Shown: positions 18,301 through 27,331, counted from the first letter of the stretch. The stretch is DNA of 39,625 bases from a virus (IMGVR_UViG_3300033417_000029:1-39625); one strand, 5' to 3'. Translations and numbers: made by a program. The notes: generated by a model not told the origin, from the sequence alone.

Positions 18301-20005
18301 GAAATGGACTTGCCACTTTTATGTAAATTACATACAAGTGGCAAGTTGTATGCTTTTGGCTTCGAGTATCTTTGGACAGTCTGTCGGTCCAATTGATACT
18401 TTAATTACAGATAAAGTGGTGGACAAAATGAAGATATTTAAAGCCAGGGGGCCTTTTTATTTGTGCTTGATTGCGTTGGTTTTGTGCGTAGAAATGGGCT
18501 ATGCGCAGAGCATACGTCCAGACCAGGAGGCGGGGCTTCGTATGTGGGTGAAGGCTGATAGTCTGGGAAAAGCGTATAATCCAGATGCAGATATAGACAC
18601 AACGCATACGCACGGCACAATTTCAGGTGTTTTCAGTGCCGGCGGAACTGCAAGACCAAAATACAGGACAAACATAAGCCCAACTGGGCTGCCTGCCATC
18701 GATTTTGACGGCATCAATGATGCCCTGATTCATGATGACTGCCCTGCAGGAGCATATAACTTCATGCATGACGGCTCAGGATTTACTGCATTTATTGTCT
18801 TTCAGTTCAATGGCATAGACAAGCTTCAGACCTTCTTTGACACGAATTCAAAGACTACAAGCGCTAGCGGTGTTAGTCTTGATCCGCAGGTAACAAACAC
18901 GCTCAGAAACTTTATTTCTAAGGGGTCTGTTGGAAACTCAATCATTACGCACGAAACAATAAACACCTACGATGTCACTGAGAATCTTCAGTTTATTACT
19001 TATGTATATGGTGAAACCGCAGGCGCGGACGACACCATAAAAGTGCAGGGCATCTTCGACTCGGATGACATAAATGCAAATTTACCACATTCTTCAAGTG
19101 ATCACCCCATCGATCCACGAATAGGGTCAGAGCAGGACGGTGGTAGCTACTTCGACGGCTATATATTCGAGATTTTTATCTATGAAGGGAAAAAGAGTCC
19201 GGCGGTAATTGCTGCGGTAGAAGAGTATATCAAGGATAAATGGTACGGAGGTGCCATTGCTGGAGCAGTGACAGGTCTGGCAAGTACATCTGTGGGGAAA
19301 CACAACATTGCGATGCAGTGGAACGCAGACGCAAATGCGGATGGGTATAGACTATATCGCCAAACTATGCCCGATAATGGCGACGGATTCTTGCAAATTG
19401 CCGATATATCTACGCCGACAGTCACTTATGATGATCAGAACTTATTGCCTGATACTAATTACCTATATAAGGTTCGAAGCTACAATGGGATAAGTACAGG
19501 GGTTCATTCAAATGTCCTTGATGAGACAACCGATGCTTATATTCATGCTGATCCAGTTATCACAATGCTGGAAGAATATGAATCAACTCGGTGGTTCGGT
19601 GTAGGAGTTTCTAGTCTTATAGGTATTCCTGGGAATCTTCAGAATGGAACACCAGGCTTCACAACAGTTGGTTTAACATGGAATGCCGTTTCAGGAAAAA
19701 CTGGATATTATGTTTATAGAGAAATGGACCCGGTTATTGGGGGTACATGGGAACTGATTTCTGATGTAGGAACAGAAAGTTTTGATGATACAAATCTGTT
19801 CGTCAATACATCATATAAATACAAAGTGAGAGCGTACGACGCATTAAGCATCTCCGGCCATTCAAATATAGTCGACTTGACAACAGATGCTTATGTACAT
19901 AGTTTTCCTGAAATTTTGCTTTTGGAGAACTACATCGGCGAGAAGTGGCTGGGAGAAACCGTGGATAGGCGGCGATTGGGACTCCTCCGAAATGTCACTT
20001 ATTAA
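18290..20005 (+). CDS. LamG/concanavalin-like plus 2x fibronectin type III protein (alternative start 18428 with signal peptide)
   Basis: W.KADS, DFDG.ND.L and DGYIFEI.IY motifs, then two FN3 repeats (QWNA..GYRLYR..Y.D..L.PDT.Y.YKVR.Y..S). Confidence 0.75.
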   Translation: MTGKKWTCHFYVNYIQVASCMLLASSIFGQSVGPIDTLITDKVVDKMKIFKARGPFYLCLIALVLCVEMGYAQSIRPDQEAGLRMWVKADSLGKAYNPDADIDTTHTHGTISGVFSAGGTARPKYRTNISPTGLPAIDFDGINDALIHDDCPAGAYNFMHDGSGFTAFIVFQFNGIDKLQTFFDTNSKTTSASGVSLDPQVTNTLRNFISKGSVGNSIITHETINTYDVTENLQFITYVYGETAGADDTIKVQGIFDSDDINANLPHSSSDHPIDPRIGSEQDGGSYFDGYIFEIFIYEGKKSPAVIAAVEEYIKDKWYGGAIAGAVTGLASTSVGKHNIAMQWNADANADGYRLYRQTMPDNGDGFLQIADISTPTVTYDDQNLLPDTNYLYKVRSYNGISTGVHSNVLDETTDAYIHADPVITMLEEYESTRWFGVGVSSLIGIPGNLQNGTPGFTTVGLTWNAVSGKTGYYVYREMDPVIGGTWELISDVGTESFDDTNLFVNTSYKYKVRAYDALSISGHSNIVDLTTDAYVHSFPEILLLENYIGEKWLGETVDRRRLGLLRNVTY

Positions 20006-20093
20006 TCTCATTCAGCACTACTTTCTCCAAGTCGGACACCTGGCTGGACTTGGCTGCCGATGCAGCAGGACTTTTAACTTTATGGTGGATTAT

Positions 20094-20990
20094 ATGAAAA
20101 AGAAAATAATTGGCATAGCAATTGGCGTGGCAATTGGAATTATCCTCGCCTTCTCCCTGGGCTTTACTGGAGCTTACGAGGCTGTGTTCTGGAGTATTAA
20201 CTCCGCAGATGCATTGCAGCCTTTGAGAAATATCGCCTTAAACGGCAATTGGCTGTCGGGGGATGGCGATGATGAAGGTGTGGCAGTTAACTCGGATGGT
20301 GTAGTTAGCGCAAACTCTAACAACTCCACCATTGTTAGTTTTAAGCATGGGGGGGTTGAGGTATCAAGCATAAACCAATATGGTGTTGCCCTATTTCAGG
20401 GTAGTTTCGTCAGCGTGGGTAACGTTAATGGAAATCCAGGAATCACGACATATGCAAATAACTTTCGGATAAGTCCAGATAATAACGCGAATAAAGGAAT
20501 TTATATGGATAGCGTAACTGACTTAACAACTGCGCAAGGTGTGTTTAGTGTTGATAACATAGATAGTTCCAACCACGACATTTGGGTAGGTGGTGGTGAG
20601 GGAACAGTCCCCTGGAGTTACTATGATCGAGGCGACGTGGGCTGGACGATATCGTCCAGTCGGGATAACAAAGAAAATATTAAACCTATTCTTACGATTG
20701 CTGATTTTGATCTGCTTGTACCAAGCACTTTTAATTACAAAAAAGAAAGTGCTGGCTGGAAACAGATTGATCCGAACCTACCTGATTCTGTTAAAGCAGG
20801 ATTGGAAGAGATAAACCGAAGAGCTGAAAGGGTAACGCAGAAGAAAAGAGCAGGATTGATTGCAGATGATTGGCATGCGGCGCTTGAAAGACCAGATACA
20901 GGTTTTATTGACACTGGTGAAGTTCAAGCTCACTTAGTTTTAAAAATTAAACAGCTGGAGCAAAGAGTAAAGGCTTTAGAAGAAAAATAA
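20094..20990 (+). CDS. Tail spike/fibre protein with a C-terminal peptidase S74 intramolecular chaperone
   Basis: SSRDNKENI, PSTFNYK, GLIADD and IKQLEQRVKALE motifs; hydrophobic N-terminus MKKKIIGIAIGVAIGIILAF. Confidence 0.8.
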   Translation: MKKKIIGIAIGVAIGIILAFSLGFTGAYEAVFWSINSADALQPLRNIALNGNWLSGDGDDEGVAVNSDGVVSANSNNSTIVSFKHGGVEVSSINQYGVALFQGSFVSVGNVNGNPGITTYANNFRISPDNNANKGIYMDSVTDLTTAQGVFSVDNIDSSNHDIWVGGGEGTVPWSYYDRGDVGWTISSSRDNKENIKPILTIADFDLLVPSTFNYKKESAGWKQIDPNLPDSVKAGLEEINRRAERVTQKKRAGLIADDWHAALERPDTGFIDTGEVQAHLVLKIKQLEQRVKALEEK

Positions 20991-21004
20991 AATATGGGAA
21001 ATAA

Positions 21005-21325
21005 ATGGACTTAGCAAAAGCATACGCTGAATATCTCATCCTCGGGCCTGTTGTCGCTTTGCTTGTGGCAGGTCTCATTTACCTGTATAGGCACACTGAG
21101 AAAATCATTAAAGAAAAAGATCAGGACCTTCTCAAATTCGCAAATATGGTTCTGGTCGTAACTGAAAGTACGAAATGGACCTTGCAGAAGGTCGTCGAAG
21201 AACTAAAAGACAAGGATGTCGACTTCAAAGAGCTTGCAAAATCAATGACATCGATTGAATTGAAACTTGATCAATTGGCGGAAAGGATTAGAGATGAATT
21301 TGCAAGCCACAAAACAAAAAATTGA
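21005..21325 (+). CDS. Holin-like protein (BhlA-like architecture)
   Basis: Single N-terminal TM helix plus coiled coil, located after the tail genes. Confidence 0.5.
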   Translation: MDLAKAYAEYLILGPVVALLVAGLIYLYRHTEKIIKEKDQDLLKFANMVLVVTESTKWTLQKVVEELKDKDVDFKELAKSMTSIELKLDQLAERIRDEFASHKTKN

Positions 21326-21722
21326 AAAGAATGTTCAGGAAATAAATTTTCTCGGTAATGAATTCTCTAAGCTCATATTGAAACGAACGGCGCGCGAAGT
21401 TTTATTCGGAAACGATATGATTCAGGTCAGGGCCAACGGAGTATTCAGAGACGATGATGGCTTAGTCGCCTGCTGTCATGCCCGGATGTATGCTGGCCAG
21501 GTATTTCCTGTACACAGCCATAAAGAGAATGAAATTTTTATTATTTATTCTGGCTGTCTCGATGTTTTCACAGAAACAGAACCAGGTAAGTTCCAGCGCA
21601 ATCGCCTGCAGCCACCGCATGGACTTCTATTTGTGAATGCAGGGACAAATCATTATGGCGAATGTATTCACGACATGGCGGGCTTATTCGTGACAATGCC
21701 GGCAGCGATTGAATTCCCTTGA
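21294..21722 (+). CDS. Cupin-domain protein
   Basis: Cupin motifs FPVHSHKENE.F.IYSG and VNAGTNH. Confidence 0.75.
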   Translation: MNLQATKQKIEKNVQEINFLGNEFSKLILKRTAREVLFGNDMIQVRANGVFRDDDGLVACCHARMYAGQVFPVHSHKENEIFIIYSGCLDVFTETEPGKFQRNRLQPPHGLLFVNAGTNHYGECIHDMAGLFVTMPAAIEFP

Positions 21723-21780
21723 ATCTGGTGTTTAATTTCTACACATTGCTAATGTAGTGTTTTTCTCCTTGTTGAAGGTT

Positions 21781-21812
21781 GCCTGGGCAGAATCTCCTGC
21801 CCAGGTTTTTTT
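21781..21812 (+). terminator. Intrinsic terminator
   Basis: CCTGGGCAG-N6-CTGCCCAGG followed by T7. Confidence 0.8.
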
Positions 21813-21818
21813 GAACTT

Positions 21819-22103
21819 ATGGAAAGGTTTTGGATAATGTTAGACGGACTTATTGGCTTTTTGGATCAAGTCTTGATGTTTGGTTACGACAAATTGAAAC
21901 CATTGCAGCAACAAGAGATTCTCTTCGGATTGCCATCCCTTTACGTGGGCCTGAAAACGTTCGGAACGCGCATTGCGCAATCGACGACGACGCCATATGA
22001 CGATCAAGCAGTCAGGGAAGGTATTCAGTTTTGTGAAAACCTGGCCGAGCGCGAAGCTCGGCAAGCAGTTCTGCAAATGAAGGGTATTGACTTTTCTAAG
22101 TAA
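21819..22103 (+). CDS. Hypothetical protein
   Basis: 94-aa ORF in operon orientation. Confidence 0.55.
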   Translation: MERFWIMLDGLIGFLDQVLMFGYDKLKPLQQQEILFGLPSLYVGLKTFGTRIAQSTTTPYDDQAVREGIQFCENLAEREARQAVLQMKGIDFSK

Positions 22104-22252
22104 TACAAAAATGACACTTCACGTTGACCCGCCAGAGCCGCTACCTGAAATTGAAGAAGTTATCGAAGGATCGTGGTAATGACCGCAGAAGCCTGGGCAA
22201 TCTATTGTGTCTTTTTGATAAGCCTGAACGCATTTCAAGTTTGGGATGTGCA

Positions 22253-22597
22253 ATGACTGAAAAAATTCGACCAATGCTCGAGCAAGTGCATAGGATTCGT
22301 AAGCAGGCGCAAGTCGCGACTTCAAGCGCAATGGCTATAGTTGCCCTACCCGACAAAGCATTACACAAATCAACCACTGTGCAGGGCCTGGCACTGGCAT
22401 CGTTTGGGCCTGAATTGTTGGATTGGGCTGTAACCTTGGCGGGAATATTCAACGAAAGCTTTGAGCTACCAGGACTATTGTCTTTGGGGATTAGAGCGAT
22501 TGGCATCTTGTGGTCGATCAGGGGTAGGAAGAAGTCAGGTATTGCAGTAGAAATGGCAAAGCAACTTGCGAAGGAGTTGAAGTCAAAAAAAGTTTAA
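22253..22597 (+). CDS. Holin-like membrane protein
   Basis: K...KSTTVQG...GILWSIRGRKK pattern with two hydrophobic segments and a basic C-terminus. Confidence 0.5.
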   Translation: MTEKIRPMLEQVHRIRKQAQVATSSAMAIVALPDKALHKSTTVQGLALASFGPELLDWAVTLAGIFNESFELPGLLSLGIRAIGILWSIRGRKKSGIAVEMAKQLAKELKSKKV

Positions 22598-22650
22598 TCG
22601 AACTATTTCTTGGAATTGAAACATCCTCCTTTCTCTCATTCTCAAAGCAG

Positions 22651-22684
22651 AAAAGTCCGGGCTTATTTAGTCCGGGCTTTTTTT
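22651..22684. terminator. Terminator between convergent operons
   Basis: AAAAGTCCGGGCT-TATTT-AGTCCGGGCTTTTTT hairpin with G-U pairs, flanked by A and T runs. Confidence 0.65.
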
Positions 22685-22880
22685 ATTCTAAAATCTTGTG
22701 ATTGCGTTCATTTTGTGCAATGAAATCATCAATTGCTTGTCTTATGTTATCACCCGCACCATCCCGGGTTGTTTCATGTAACCGCCAACCACGCCCTAAA
22801 TCACTGTCACGACAAATGATAAAGTTGCCGCTTCTGTCACTGAGTTGTTGTAAATAATCGAGTCTTTCTGTGTCAGTCAT
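22683..22880 (-). CDS. Hypothetical phage protein
   Basis: GGAG RBS; DTERLD.L...IRQAID motif common in small phage proteins. Confidence 0.65.
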   Translation of the reverse strand: MTDTERLDYLQQLSDRSGNFIICRDSDLGRGWRLHETTRDGAGDNIRQAIDDFIAQNERNHKILE

Positions 22881-22889
22881 TACTTTCTC

Positions 22890-23105
22890 CTATGAGTTTT
22901 CGGTTAATGATTTTGATGGCTTATCGATGTCTTTATTTTCCCAGTCTCTATTGACTTCTATGGCGCAGGATACTTTGTTATTTATGTTTTTGAAAATAAT
23001 TTTTCCGTCACGGTGAACATGACGGTCGAGTTCCTTACGTATCCAGGCCATGTTTTCTTTCGATGTCTCAAGCCACGCTGTGATTCTAATCCGCATTCGT
23101 TTCAA
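22890..23105 (-). CDS. Hypothetical protein
   Basis: ORF in the - strand operon with a TTG start. Confidence 0.5.
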   Translation of the reverse strand: MKRMRIRITAWLETSKENMAWIRKELDRHVHRDGKIIFKNINNKVSCAIEVNRDWENKDIDKPSKSLTENS

Positions 23106-23111
23106 CCCTTC

Positions 23112-23519
23112 TCAGATTTCCTTCACTATTTTTTGAAAATGTTCAAATGACCGGCAAAGTATCACCGGCACTTTATTTGCGAAATGCTTCTGTCCTTGAC
23201 TTTGTTTGCCTTTCTTTGTCTTGAGTTCGATACAGACAGCTTTACAAAAAAAACTGTCATGTTTTTTTAGAAGTATTAAATCAGGCAAACCTTTCAGGTA
23301 TTTCGATATCAGCTTTTTGATATGTGCTGATACAAAGTTGTTTGCAAAGATCGCCCTGTAAACTGCATCAGGAATCCGGATGACGGCAATGTCAGGGAAA
23401 TACTGAAGGTATTCCTCGCATCGATCCTGCAGTGCCTTCTCATTTGCGTTGATGGATTTGAACTCTTCCGCTGTAATCGTCTTGTTGCCGGTCTGTTTGG
23501 ACTTTGGGTATGCTGGCAT
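23112..23519 (-). CDS. VRR-NUC family nuclease (putative junction resolvase)
   Basis: EKALQ..C..YL, KGLPDLI, IELKT..GK.S..Q motifs; likely start MPAYP at 23519. Confidence 0.8.
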   Translation of the reverse strand: MPAYPKSKQTGNKTITAEEFKSINANEKALQDRCEEYLQYFPDIAVIRIPDAVYRAIFANNFVSAHIKKLISKYLKGLPDLILLKKHDSFFCKAVCIELKTKKGKQSQGQKHFANKVPVILCRSFEHFQKIVKEI

Positions 23520-23520
23520 A

Positions 23521-23733
23521 TCATTTCCAGATATGAATTTCGCCCAGATCGATCTCGGATGCAATTTCAACTGCCTTCGCCTTCTCGCCTTCGTGGCAGA
23601 CGACGCCGATAAAGACAGCGAGAATGCATAGGATCACGAATACAATAATTTTCTTTTCCATTAGAATTACTCCATTAATTTTCATCATCTTCTGTGATCC
23701 CTTCTTCGCCGCCAACAGGATCGTCGTTTTCAC
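23521..23733 (-). CDS. Small membrane protein (start uncertain)
   Basis: TM segment IIVFVILCILAVFIGVV. Confidence 0.5.
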   Translation of the reverse strand: MKTTILLAAKKGSQKMMKINGVILMEKKIIVFVILCILAVFIGVVCHEGEKAKAVEIASEIDLGEIHIWK

Positions 23734-23824
23734 TCAATTCGCACGCTTCGAATTCATCCTTAGAGCACTCTGTCTTAAGCCATTCTGCATAACGCCAGGC
23801 TTGTTGCAAACATGGTATTTTCAT
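23675..23824 (-). CDS. Small acidic hypothetical protein
   Basis: ATGA overlap with the upstream ORF stop at 23821. Confidence 0.45.
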   Translation of the reverse strand: MKIPCLQQAWRYAEWLKTECSKDEFEACELSENDDPVGGEEGITEDDEN

Positions 23825-24171
23825 ACAGATGCCCTGATGACTCGTCCGGGTCGGATTTGGATCGTCTTTCTGGATGCTTGGGCGGCGCCACATCCTTGAT
23901 GAAGGTAACATCCGCGCCATGTATGACAAATTTTGAGTCGTTCACACCCGGGAGCGCGGACTTCTCTTCTCTCTTGATTGTCTTTCTCTTGCTCCACAGG
24001 GTGTCTTAGTTTATCAAGGGTACGGAATTCCCGAACAATTCGATTATTCAGCAATGTATACGTCGTTCCATAACGACGTGCTACCTGTTTAATCGAGTCG
24101 CCATTTTTGAGATCAGCAACGATTCTGTCCCAGGGCTGGGGCAGGGGTGCAAGTTTTCTTTTCTTTCTCAT
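23821..24171 (-). CDS. HTH DNA-binding protein with a Cys-rich C-terminus
   Basis: IVADLKNGDSIKQVARRYGTTYTLL helix-turn-helix pattern. Confidence 0.6.
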   Translation of the reverse strand: MRKKRKLAPLPQPWDRIVADLKNGDSIKQVARRYGTTYTLLNNRIVREFRTLDKLRHPVEQEKDNQERREVRAPGCERLKICHTWRGCYLHQGCGAAQASRKTIQIRPGRVIRASV

Positions 24172-24229
24172 AATTCTTTTTTAGGTAAAAGTGATACTAC
24201 TTCTTGCAGGATTAAACCCAACTCTTTGT

Positions 24230-24481
24230 TTATCCTTGCCAATCAGGCAAACCTTTCAGGTATTTCGATATCAGCTTTTTGATATGTGCTGATACAAAGT
24301 TGTTTGCAAAGATCGATTTTTCTTTTGCAATTGCCAGTTCTATGCAGGTTTTTGCACAGAATTCAACCAAATCTTTCTTCGTCCACTTCATCATCTCGGC
24401 CTTCCATTCTGGGCCGCACGGTTCATAAGACTCTTCGATCATTTGGTTTTTCTCCTTCTCTTTTTGTTGGTTCTCATTCAT
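24230..24481 (-). CDS. Hypothetical protein whose C-terminus is copied from the VRR-NUC gene
   Basis: ATGA overlap start; ends IFANNFVSAHIKKLISKYLKGLPD-WQG. Confidence 0.55.
   Translation of the reverse strand: MNENQQKEKEKNQMIEESYEPCGPEWKAEMMKWTKKDLVEFCAKTCIELAIAKEKSIFANNFVSAHIKKLISKYLKGLPDWQG
24241..24315. repeat. Exact 75-bp direct repeat of 23279-23353
   Basis: Direct sequence comparison; offset 962 bp. Confidence 0.92.
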
Positions 24482-24948
24482 ATCAAAGTCTCGATTATCA
24501 GAATCGCCAAAGCGCCCAGCACCAAGCCAGGCACAAATTGAATAAGCCTTATTATCCACCATGCCGGCTTATTCTCAGTTTCTTGTGTCAAGTTGTGCGT
24601 GATTTTGACAGGATTACCGGTATAGATTTTTAAGGAGATGTAGTCATTCTGACGCTTGCGGTCGCCCAAGACATAATAGACGTTATGGGCTACCCAAACC
24701 GCAATCGCCAGCCAGGCCACGCCGGGAATAAGCCAGAGTGTTTTATTCAGAAAATAATAGTCAACTACCACACCGACGGGAATGTAAAACCATTCTCTCT
24801 GACTTATCCAAAGCACATGACTTCGTAACCATTTAGCCCCGGGTACACGCCCGGAATAGCCATTCGAATATGCGCTTACTGAATGCCAGACCACGACAAA
24901 AGCGGAATAACAGAAGAAAATAATGAATGATTTAGTGCTCATATTCAC
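24478..24948 (-). CDS. Multi-pass membrane protein
   Basis: Three to four hydrophobic segments. Confidence 0.6.
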   Translation of the reverse strand: MNMSTKSFIIFFCYSAFVVVWHSVSAYSNGYSGRVPGAKWLRSHVLWISQREWFYIPVGVVVDYYFLNKTLWLIPGVAWLAIAVWVAHNVYYVLGDRKRQNDYISLKIYTGNPVKITHNLTQETENKPAWWIIRLIQFVPGLVLGALAILIIETLI

Positions 24949-25015
24949 TTTCCATTTCTCAACAGGATGTCACGGTTAAGGCTGTCGGCAACAACCTGCA
25001 GGTCTTCAGTTCTTG

Positions 25016-25555
25016 TCATTTCAGAGACGTGAGAAGGACATAATATTCAGCGACCGCTTTTAATTGCTCTTTGTCTTTAATTTCAAACTCCCAGTTATCT
25101 TTTGACACCTCTTTTTCAATGACATCTATAACAAAAGTTTTCGGCTCGAATGGGAATGCTTTTATGAATTGTCGGCTTTTAATTCCCTCTTTTGTTGTGC
25201 CGTGACAAGTTGTGCCTTCTTGCGTTTTCCAAGAAATTGCGTCCAAATAGTGTGCTTTGCCGTCTTCCTTGAAAACTGCCGAGCAACGATTATTTTGTAA
25301 TACTCCATTTGATACTTCATTCCATTCGCTATCTTCACCCGTAAGAGGAGCAATCGGCTGTTGAAGACATAATTCTTTTACTGCGTCTGCTAACGCTGCT
25401 GCCGTATAAGGGGCTGAAAAGCCAGACTGTCCTGAATTGCCAAACGCATCACATAAAGCAAGTATCTCTGGAACAAAATGTCGAATAATAGCGTCTGGCG
25501 TTGTCTTGATAAGAATATCTAATTCCTTTTTTGCGTGTGATTGTGTGTTTGTCAT
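25016..25555 (-). CDS. Conserved hypothetical phage protein
   Basis: F..SGQSGFSA.Y, PIAPLTGEDSEW and QN.RCS.VFK motifs, which I recall from many phage hypothetical proteins. Confidence 0.7.
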   Translation of the reverse strand: MTNTQSHAKKELDILIKTTPDAIIRHFVPEILALCDAFGNSGQSGFSAPYTAAALADAVKELCLQQPIAPLTGEDSEWNEVSNGVLQNNRCSAVFKEDGKAHYLDAISWKTQEGTTCHGTTKEGIKSRQFIKAFPFEPKTFVIDVIEKEVSKDNWEFEIKDKEQLKAVAEYYVLLTSLK

Positions 25556-25688
25556 ATTGTTTTTCCCTCTCTTAATTTATTAACTAACTCTTCCGCCGTA
25601 TCCATAATCTTCTGTAATTCTTTTATGGATATGACCTTTTCTAATGGCTCAAGAAAGTAAAGTTAAATGAAATAGATAATTAATTTCT

Positions 25689-25976
25689 TCATTCTTTTGG
25701 TTCCCCACATGTCATACATTTTTCGTATGCAAATTTCTCCGGGATGGTTTCCGATATCTTCCAAATATGATCACCGCCGTTCAGGCAATCTGCTTTAAAG
25801 GGTGCGTAGTTAAATGAAATAGATGTATAAAAAATAAAAATCTTGTTGCAGGTTTCACACTCCATTTGATCTTTACAACCGTCGCTGCAGCCGAACCCAT
25901 CATTTCGATTCACATCAATTTCTGCTTCACAGTAAGGACATTGCAAGTCAAACATAATCTTCCAGCCTTTTTTCAA
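25689..25976 (-). CDS. Zn-ribbon protein (start uncertain)
   Basis: CPYC...CETC...C..H...CMTC. Confidence 0.65.
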   Translation of the reverse strand: MKKGWKIMFDLQCPYCEAEIDVNRNDGFGCSDGCKDQMECETCNKIFIFYTSISFNYAPFKADCLNGGDHIWKISETIPEKFAYEKCMTCGEPKE

Positions 25977-26075
25977 ATAAAATTACAAATAAGAAAACCA
26001 CATAAAGCATAAAAACTTAAAGAAATAACGGTAACCAAAATCAGACTTTTTATTTTCATTTTTCTGATATCCTTT

Positions 26076-26110
26076 TAAAAAACATGAGCAAGGACTCATA
26101 TCCCTGCTCA
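26076..26110 (-). terminator. Intrinsic terminator downstream of recT
   Basis: TGAGCAGGGA-N6-TCCTTGCTCA followed by TGTTTTT on the - strand. Confidence 0.6.
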
Positions 26111-26203
26111 GGGCACCTTAACACAGGAGAAAAAAGGATCGTCTTTAATCCTTACGCAAAAGAAATTAGAGCTTGATTCCTGCAAGTTTTGCTGTCAGTG
26201 CTT

Positions 26204-27331
26204 TCATGGTTTCTTCGTTCCTTGCTGCGCGCGTTCCATCTGATTGAGAACCCACAAAATTTCAACCCGAAGTGGCGCGCTTATAATTTGACTGAATGGT
26301 TTCGTCTCTGCATTATGAGACTTCAGCCATGTTCGAAGCTGGAAACCATTGACGGTTTTCATGTATGCGTCATACAGTTTCATCTGCGCTTCGACGGGAT
26401 GCTCAAGCCATTCGTCAAAAAACTCATCTTTCGGCGAAGGCCCGGACTCCATATTTGCGATTTCCGGGCCTTTCTCTTTATCGGTGATGGTCTCGGTAGG
26501 CCCGGCGGCGGTTTCTTCTTTAGGGATTTGCTGGTGCCCTGTAGTCTTGTCTGGTTGGCCGATTGGTTTTGGGTCTTTTATTGGGTCTTTTATTGGGTCT
26601 GGCTCGATGGTTTCATAGTCGGTGAAATCAATCTGTCCGCCTTCTTCGAATGCAGCGTCGGCTTCTGGGCTTTTAAATTCAAGTTGAATCATTTTTCGCA
26701 GGCGCCTTATTACTGCTTTTTTTGCCATCTCTCCAGGATATAATTTCCAGGCTGGCCCAGTAGGAGTCTTTGACGCTTGCTTAATCAGTTCTATGTCATT
26801 GATTCCCATTGACTCATATATCATCGTACCGTCTTTGTAAAGACAGACGGCAAATACTCCAGCGATGAGTTCTTCGTTAAATGGTTGTGGTTTAAAGGTT
26901 ATCGATTGATGACCGTCAATAATGGATTCGTGGAAAATATCACCCTTCCGCACAATTTTCGCATAAATATCGGCGATGGGGTTGATACTGTACATTTTGG
27001 CGAGCTTGATCTCGCCCTTGTAATCCGTCTGAAATTGGATTTTCTTTACCCATTGAGGCTTTTCTTTCGTCCCTACGTTTTCATTGTATGGGATAGCGTA
27101 ACATTCCTTGTTGAAGAAATCAAGGCCGAGAAAAGCGCCTTGCAGCATCGTTCTGGTTACACTCGCAGGATCAATGGTTTCGATTCCCCTCGTATCGGCC
27201 AGAACTGTCATTGCGTTTTGCAGGAATCTTGTTTCGTTAAAGTTCGTGGGCAATGCTTTTTGTTTTGATTGCAATAATGATTTCAAGTTGTTGTGGATAG
27301 TTACAAGCTGAGTGTTCTGTTTTTGTGTCAT
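26204..27331 (-). CDS. recT: RecT/Red-beta single-strand annealing recombinase
   Basis: LGL....ECYAIPY, QFQTDYKG.IKLA and W..YPGEMAKKAVIRRL.K motifs; low-complexity linker with DPIK repeats. Confidence 0.92.
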   Translation of the reverse strand: MTQKQNTQLVTIHNNLKSLLQSKQKALPTNFNETRFLQNAMTVLADTRGIETIDPASVTRTMLQGAFLGLDFFNKECYAIPYNENVGTKEKPQWVKKIQFQTDYKGEIKLAKMYSINPIADIYAKIVRKGDIFHESIIDGHQSITFKPQPFNEELIAGVFAVCLYKDGTMIYESMGINDIELIKQASKTPTGPAWKLYPGEMAKKAVIRRLRKMIQLEFKSPEADAAFEEGGQIDFTDYETIEPDPIKDPIKDPKPIGQPDKTTGHQQIPKEETAAGPTETITDKEKGPEIANMESGPSPKDEFFDEWLEHPVEAQMKLYDAYMKTVNGFQLRTWLKSHNAETKPFSQIISAPLRVEILWVLNQMERAQQGTKKP

